Positions 54,614 through 59,012 of a stretch of DNA of 59,012 nt are shown here, in pieces. The position numbers and the translations under genes were made by a program. Every line of letters starts with the position of its first letter. Position 1 is the stretch's first letter. Source of the stretch: an uncultured Oscillospiraceae bacterium (lineage in GTDB: Bacteria; Bacillota; Clostridia; Oscillospirales; Oscillospiraceae); contig CAJFVK010000001.1 in the NCBI GenBank assembly GCA_904420435.1, positions 1 through 59,012 of the forward strand, written 5' to 3'. The notes below the pieces were generated by a model that worked only from the letters and a program-made list of their open reading frames with translations, searched no databases and had not been told where the DNA came from.

Positions 54614-55552
54614 ATGCCGTTTGCAAAGAAACCCCAGGTATTCGGCGCGTCCATCAACGCCCTGACGCTGGGCACCGGCGACAAGGCCATCACCCTGGGC
54701 GGTCAGAATGTGTACAATCTCTACACCTTCGACGCCCCCATCGCCAACCGCCCCAAGATCGGTATCGATGTGTCCGACGATCCCCAGCAGCCCTCCCCGG
54801 GCCTGGCCGCCTTCTATGAGGGCTGCACCACCCTGGCTGACCGGGCCAAGAAGGCCGCGTCCCTGGAGGATGTGGACTTTGTCTGCATCCGCTTCGATCT
54901 GGCCGACCCCAACGGCGCCGACAAGTCCATCGAGGACTGCGTGGCCGACGCCAAGGCTGTGGCCGAGGTAGTCGACAAGCCCATCGTGGTGGCCGGCTGC
55001 AAGAACACCAGCAAGGATACCGAGCTCTTCGGCAAGGTGTCCGAGGCCCTGCAGGGCAAGAACATCCTGGTCCTCTCCGCCCGCGAGGAGGACTACAAGG
55101 GCGTGGCCGCCTCCGCCGTCATGGCCTATGGCCAGAAGGTGGGCGCCGAGTCCGCCGTGGACATCAACCTGGCCAAGCAGCTCAACGTCCTCATCACCCA
55201 GATGGGCGTTGACGGCCACAACATCGCCATGAACGTGGGCAGCGCTGCCGCCGGCTACGGCTTTGAGTACGTCGTTTCCACCCTGGAGCGCGTCAAGGCC
55301 GCCGCCCTGGGCCAGAGCGACACCACCCTCCAGATGCCGATCATCACCCCCGTGGGCAACGAAACCTGGGCTGTGAAGGAGTCCACCGCTCCCGAGTCCG
55401 ACAACCCCGAGTGGGGCGATCAGGACGAGCGCGGCATCGACATGGAAGTCGAAACCGCCGCCGCCTGCCTGGCTTACGGCAGCGACGCCGTCATCCTGCG
55501 GCATCCTGAATCCATTAAGACCGTTGCGCAGCTGATTGCTGCTTTGATGTAA
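54614..55552 (+). CDS. acsD: Corrinoid iron-sulfur protein small subunit (AcsD/CdhD)
   Basis: 312 aa. It resembles the CFeSP delta/small subunit (TIM-barrel) throughout, for example VVAGCKN and AVILRHPES. Confidence 0.9.
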   Translation: MPFAKKPQVFGASINALTLGTGDKAITLGGQNVYNLYTFDAPIANRPKIGIDVSDDPQQPSPGLAAFYEGCTTLADRAKKAASLEDVDFVCIRFDLADPNGADKSIEDCVADAKAVAEVVDKPIVVAGCKNTSKDTELFGKVSEALQGKNILVLSAREEDYKGVAASAVMAYGQKVGAESAVDINLAKQLNVLITQMGVDGHNIAMNVGSAAAGYGFEYVVSTLERVKAAALGQSDTTLQMPIITPVGNETWAVKESTAPESDNPEWGDQDERGIDMEVETAAACLAYGSDAVILRHPESIKTVAQLIAALM

Positions 55553-55566
55553 GGAGGGTGTGAACC

Positions 55567-57858
55567 ATGGCACTGAAAGGTCTTGACATCTTTAAGCTGA
55601 CCCCGAAAACCAACTGTAAGGACTGCGGCAGCCCCACCTGCATGGCGTTCGCCATGAAGGTCGCCCAGGGCGCCGTTCCCATTGAGAAGTGCCCCCACAT
55701 GTCCGCTGAGGCGCTGTCCACTCTGTCCGAGGCCACCGCGCCCCCGATGAAGAGCTACAAGGTGGGCGAGCTGAGCCTGGGCGGCGAGACCGTCCTGAGC
55801 CGCCACGAGAAGACCTTCGTTTCCAAGACCCTGTATGCCGTGAGCGTCTGCGACTGCATGGACGAGGCCAAGCAGGACGAGGTCATCGCCTCCATCCCCA
55901 AGGTGGACTATGAGCGCATCAGCGAGCGGATGTATGTGGAGATGGTCTACGTCAACCACAGCGCCGACAAGAGCGCCGACGACTATGTGGCTCTGATCAA
56001 CAAGGTCAAGGGCCTGGGCCGTCCCCTGGTGCTGGGCTGCACCGACGTGGCCGTGGCCAAGGCCGCTGTGGCCGCCGCTGCCGGCTGCGACTTCATCCTC
56101 AACGGCGCCGACGAGAGCAACTACGCCGACATGAGCGCCATCGCCACCGAGGCCAAGGTGCTCCTGGGCGTCCGTGCCGCCTCCCTGGAGGCTCTCCACG
56201 ACACCGTGGAGAAGCTGGAGGCCGCCGGCAACAAGAACCTGATCCTGGATGTGGGCACCGCCTCCATCAAGGACGCCTACGCCAACGCCGTGCAGATCCG
56301 CCGGGCCGCTCTGAAGGACGGCGACCGGACCTTCGGCTATCCCTCCATCGTCAACGTGGCTGCCATCGCCGGCGGCAACGCCCACATGGAGGCCGCCCTG
56401 CTGAGCCTGTTCACCTGCAAGTACGGCTCCATCGTGGTCTGCTCCGAGATGACCTACGCCAAGGCCCTGCCTCTGTACGGCCTGCGCCAGAACATCTTCA
56501 CCGACCCCCAGAAGCCCATGAAGGTGACCCCGGGTATCTACCCCATCAACGGCGCCGACGAGAACAGCCCCTGCTGCCTGACCGTGGACTTCGCCCTGAC
56601 CTACTTCCTGGTGTCCGGCGAGCTGGAGCGCTCCAAGTGCCCGGTGAACCTGCTGATCTCCGACGCCTCCGGTATGTCCGTGCTGACCGCCTGGGCCGCC
56701 GGCAAGTTCTCCAGCTCCTCCGTGAAGAAGTTCATGGACGAGTTCGACATCGCGGGTAAGATCAAGAGCCGCGCCCTGATCATCCCCGGCAAGGTGGCCG
56801 TGATGAAGGGCGAGATCCAGGATAAGCTGCCCGAGTGGGACGTGATCGTGGCGCCCAACGAGGCGGTGCAGCTGGTGAAGTACCTGAAGGACGAGGAGTG
56901 GAAGAAGAGCCTGACCGGCAAGAGCGCCGGCGCTGGCGCCGCCGCCTCCGCTGCCGCCGCGACTGAGCCCGCCCCGGCCCCCAAGAAGGTCATCCCCGCG
57001 CCTCCCATCGTCGTCACCGGCCCCTACAAGCTGGAGGACCAGGTGGTTACTTACAAGCACCGGGATGCTTCCAGCAACCGCTTCGTGGTCATCGGCGAGC
57101 GGATCCACTGCATCTCCCCCGCCATCCGCAAGGCTATGGACAGCTACGACGAGGGCCCCATCCTGAAGCGTGCCGCCGAGCAGATCGCCGCCGGCGCCAC
57201 CTACCTGGATGTGAACATCGGGCCTGCTGAGAGCAACGGCCCCGAGCTGATGCAGTGGGCGGTTCAGCTGCTGCAGCAGAACTTCAACAACGTGCCTCTG
57301 GCCCTGGATACCGCCAACAAGGCCGCTATCGAGGCCGGCATCAAGGTCTACAACCGTGAGAACGGCAAGCCCATCGTGAACTCCGCCGACGCCGGCAGCC
57401 GGATCGACAACATCAACCTGGCCGCCGCCAACGACGCCATCGTCATCGCCCTGTGCTCCGCCGACGGTATCGCCAAGGACAACGAGGAGCGCATGATGCA
57501 CTGCCACAACATGCTGGAGCGCGGCCTTGCCCTGGGCATGGAGTCCGACGACCTGTGGTTCGACCCCCTGTTCCTGGTGGTCAAGGGTATGCAGGACAAG
57601 CAGATGGACGTGCTGAACGCCATCAAGGCCTTCTCCGACGAGGGCCTGAAGAGCACCGGCGGCCTCTCCAACAACTCCAACGGCATGCCCAAGCACATCC
57701 GTCCCATCATGGACAGCGCCCTGGTGGCCATGTGCATGATGCAGGGCCTGACCTCCGCCATCGTCAACCCCTGCGACCAGCGCCTGATGGAGACCATCAA
57801 GAGCTGCGACGTGTTCAAGAACAACATCCTGTACGCCGATTCCTACCTGGACATCTAA
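55567..57858 (+). CDS. acsC-acsE: Fusion protein: corrinoid iron-sulfur protein large subunit (AcsC/CdhE) + methyl-THF:corrinoid methyltransferase (AcsE)
   Basis: 763 aa. Residues 1 to about 445 are AcsC-like: [4Fe-4S] motif CKDCGSPTCMAFAMK...C, TIM barrel, and a C-terminal corrinoid domain ending IIPGKVAVMKGEIQD. An Ala/Pro-rich linker (about nt 56905-57080) follows. Residues about 506-763 are AcsE-like (VIGERI, LDVNIGP, LALDT, GLSNNS). Confidence 0.9.
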   Translation: MALKGLDIFKLTPKTNCKDCGSPTCMAFAMKVAQGAVPIEKCPHMSAEALSTLSEATAPPMKSYKVGELSLGGETVLSRHEKTFVSKTLYAVSVCDCMDEAKQDEVIASIPKVDYERISERMYVEMVYVNHSADKSADDYVALINKVKGLGRPLVLGCTDVAVAKAAVAAAAGCDFILNGADESNYADMSAIATEAKVLLGVRAASLEALHDTVEKLEAAGNKNLILDVGTASIKDAYANAVQIRRAALKDGDRTFGYPSIVNVAAIAGGNAHMEAALLSLFTCKYGSIVVCSEMTYAKALPLYGLRQNIFTDPQKPMKVTPGIYPINGADENSPCCLTVDFALTYFLVSGELERSKCPVNLLISDASGMSVLTAWAAGKFSSSSVKKFMDEFDIAGKIKSRALIIPGKVAVMKGEIQDKLPEWDVIVAPNEAVQLVKYLKDEEWKKSLTGKSAGAGAAASAAAATEPAPAPKKVIPAPPIVVTGPYKLEDQVVTYKHRDASSNRFVVIGERIHCISPAIRKAMDSYDEGPILKRAAEQIAAGATYLDVNIGPAESNGPELMQWAVQLLQQNFNNVPLALDTANKAAIEAGIKVYNRENGKPIVNSADAGSRIDNINLAAANDAIVIALCSADGIAKDNEERMMHCHNMLERGLALGMESDDLWFDPLFLVVKGMQDKQMDVLNAIKAFSDEGLKSTGGLSNNSNGMPKHIRPIMDSALVAMCMMQGLTSAIVNPCDQRLMETIKSCDVFKNNILYADSYLDI

Positions 57859-57887
57859 GTCGGGATCTCACCGTTCTGACAAACAAG

Positions 57888-57921
57888 AATCCCGGAGCTG
57901 CTGTGCAGCTCCGGGATTTTT
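57888..57921 (+). terminator. Terminator of the acs operon
   Basis: AATCCCGGAGCTGC-TGT-GCAGCTCCGGGATT, then TTT. Confidence 0.88.
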
Positions 57922-58122
57922 ATACCATTGAAACAGGCTGCGCCTTCCCGCCGGAAAGATTGGGGCCCGCGGCAGCGCACGAACCGGCCGACAAAGGCGG
58001 CTGGTTCCCCCGTTTGCACGCCGGGAAGTGGTTTCGTCCACGCCGCAGCGGCTGTGCCGCGAGGAAGGCGCTGTTTTACCGCCGCCTGGGGCGCGAACGC
58101 TGCGAAACTTGTTCGGCAGATG

Positions 58123-58167
58123 GAAAAGGTCCCCGGAAACCGCACAGCGGTTTCCGGGGACCTTTTC
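58123..58167. terminator. 21-bp-stem hairpin downstream of the homocysteine methyltransferase gene
   Basis: GAAAAGGTCCCCGGAAACCGC-ACA-GCGGTTTCCGGGGACCTTTTC. Confidence 0.65.
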
Positions 58168-58235
58168 TCAAATGCGCCCTGCAAATGGCGGCCCGGCGGA
58201 ACCCCCCGGCGCCGCCGGCGGAAGCGGCGGCGCTA

Positions 58236-59012
58236 CTACTTGCCCACCTTCTGGCAGAAGTAGCCGGACAGGAAGTCCCCGCTGCCCGGCCGCTCCTGGC
58301 CGGCCTGCCGTGTCAGCCGGCTGACCCACTCCATGATCAGCCGCATGTGCCGGTCGTCCGTGCCGCAGCAGCCGCCGTAGAACTTCAGGGGGAAGGCCTG
58401 GTGGAGCCGCTGGAGGGCGGAGAGGAGCTCCGTGGGGGAGCTGGGGTGGAGGCTGGCCCCGGCGGCAATCTGGGACGGGCTCAGCCGGGAGGTGTTGGCG
58501 TAGGTGCCCCGCAGGCGGGCGCGGACGGTTTCCGTCTGGTTGAAGGGCTGCTCCAGCCCCTCCCACAGGTTGTCCGGGTGGATGCAGCTGCACTGGTAGA
58601 AGAGGGGCGGCCGGTCCGGCACCGTGGCGTCGATCCGGGTGATGGCGTCGTGGATGGTTGTGCCGTCCAGCAGATGGCCGGTGTGGTCGCACATGAGGTT
58701 GATCCAGTAGGGGATGCCCGTTTCCGACAGGGCTGCCGCCATGCCCCGGGCCTCGTTGACCTCCGGCATGATCCCGGCCACCAGCACGTCCGCCCCGGTT
58801 TTGGCGAAGGCCTGGGCCTGATGGCGGTGAAACTCCGCCGCCTCCTCGAAGGGAAGGGCCTCCCCGGGGTTGTAGGCGTCCCCCTTGCAGCCCAGGAGCG
58901 CCCCGATGTAGAGGGGCTGGCTCCGCCCCTTGGCCAGCTGCCGCAGGAAGTCCATGTTGTCCTCCAGCACCGGGCGGCCGGCGAAGGGGGAGGCGGCGAT
59001 GCTCTCAAAGGT
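58236..59012 (-). CDS. Homocysteine S-methyltransferase-domain protein (N-terminus outside the window)
   Basis: The frame is open to the window edge. It has the C-terminal zinc motif YGGCCGT plus an upstream Cys (QCSCIHP), and blocks FAKTGADVLVAGIMP typical of the Hcy-binding domain of MetH/MmuM/BHMT. Confidence 0.85.
   Translation of the reverse strand, partial: TFESIAASPFAGRPVLEDNMDFLRQLAKGRSQPLYIGALLGCKGDAYNPGEALPFEEAAEFHRHQAQAFAKTGADVLVAGIMPEVNEARGMAAALSETGIPYWINLMCDHTGHLLDGTTIHDAITRIDATVPDRPPLFYQCSCIHPDNLWEGLEQPFNQTETVRARLRGTYANTSRLSPSQIAAGASLHPSSPTELLSALQRLHQAFPLKFYGGCCGTDDRHMRLIMEWVSRLTRQAGQERPGSGDFLSGYFCQKVGK

Noticed and set aside
57925-58235. Possible remnant of acsB, or a small gene, after the acsC::acsE terminator (ORFs 57928-58263, 58028-58324, 57855-58184).
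   Set aside because: The translations are Arg/Pro/Gly/Ala-rich nonsense without ACS motifs. The segment shares the 16-mer repeat core with 4385-4400 and contains a large terminator-like hairpin. I interpret it as repeat DNA.

Overview
This is a GC-rich (judged by eye, not computed), tightly packed chromosomal segment. It looks like a spore-forming Clostridia-type Firmicute: SpoVT, SLH-domain wall proteins, V-type ATPase, MurT/GatD and TTGACA-17-TATAAT-type promoters are all present. The lineage call is inference.

I support 59 protein-coding calls (one cut by the right window edge, two of them tiny ORFs), 2 tRNAs, 1 purine riboswitch, a set of promoters and terminators, and several repeat families.

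Gene order, left to right:
- V-ATPase A-B-D
- (minus strand) metallophosphoesterase, mnmG, hydrolase, murT, gatD
- aminotransferase
- Na/solute symporter
- ECF sigma plus an anti-sigma with four PepSY domains
- yfcE-like phosphodiesterase
- HAD hydrolase
- guanine riboswitch and guanine deaminase
- Dabb protein plus a 523-aa unknown
- Met-rich leader, metY, metA
- small membrane ORF
- Fe-ADH
- 2-hydroxyacid dehydrogenase
- heterodimeric ABC exporter plus LysR regulator
- 81-aa ORF and CarD-like regulator
- lipoprotein
- xth
- metG
- PNPOx-like protein
- tatD
- rpsF-ssb-rpsR
- tRNA-Leu and initiator tRNA-Met
- SLH protein
- membrane protein
- spoVT
- eda::VOC fusion
- PAP2 phosphatase
- maa
- M23 peptidase
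- MFP, ABC ATPase, FtsX permease and SLH protein operon
- His-rich protein, cooT, orf73, metF, cooC/acsF, acsD, acsC::acsE
- homocysteine S-methyltransferase (partial)

I saw no transposase, integrase, phage, CRISPR or recognisable defence/toxin module.

The most interesting observations are:
1. A 31-codon leader ORF with 8 Met and 3 Cys codons, plus mutually exclusive antiterminator and terminator helices in front of metY-metA. This is a candidate ribosome-mediated methionine attenuator where an S-box or T-box would be expected.
2. A one-carbon/corrinoid operon that carries nickel chaperones and a fused AcsC::AcsE polypeptide but no acsB or cooS.
3. A guanine-class riboswitch wired as an apparent ON switch for guanine deaminase.
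4. A GatD homologue that seems to lack the nucleophile cysteine.
5. Families of GC-rich hairpin repeats that fill unusually long spacers, including spacers inside the V-ATPase operon.

Everything was done by eye on the sequence and the supplied ORF track. Coordinates of RNA and DNA motifs may be off by a few nt, and no database search or folding calculation was run.
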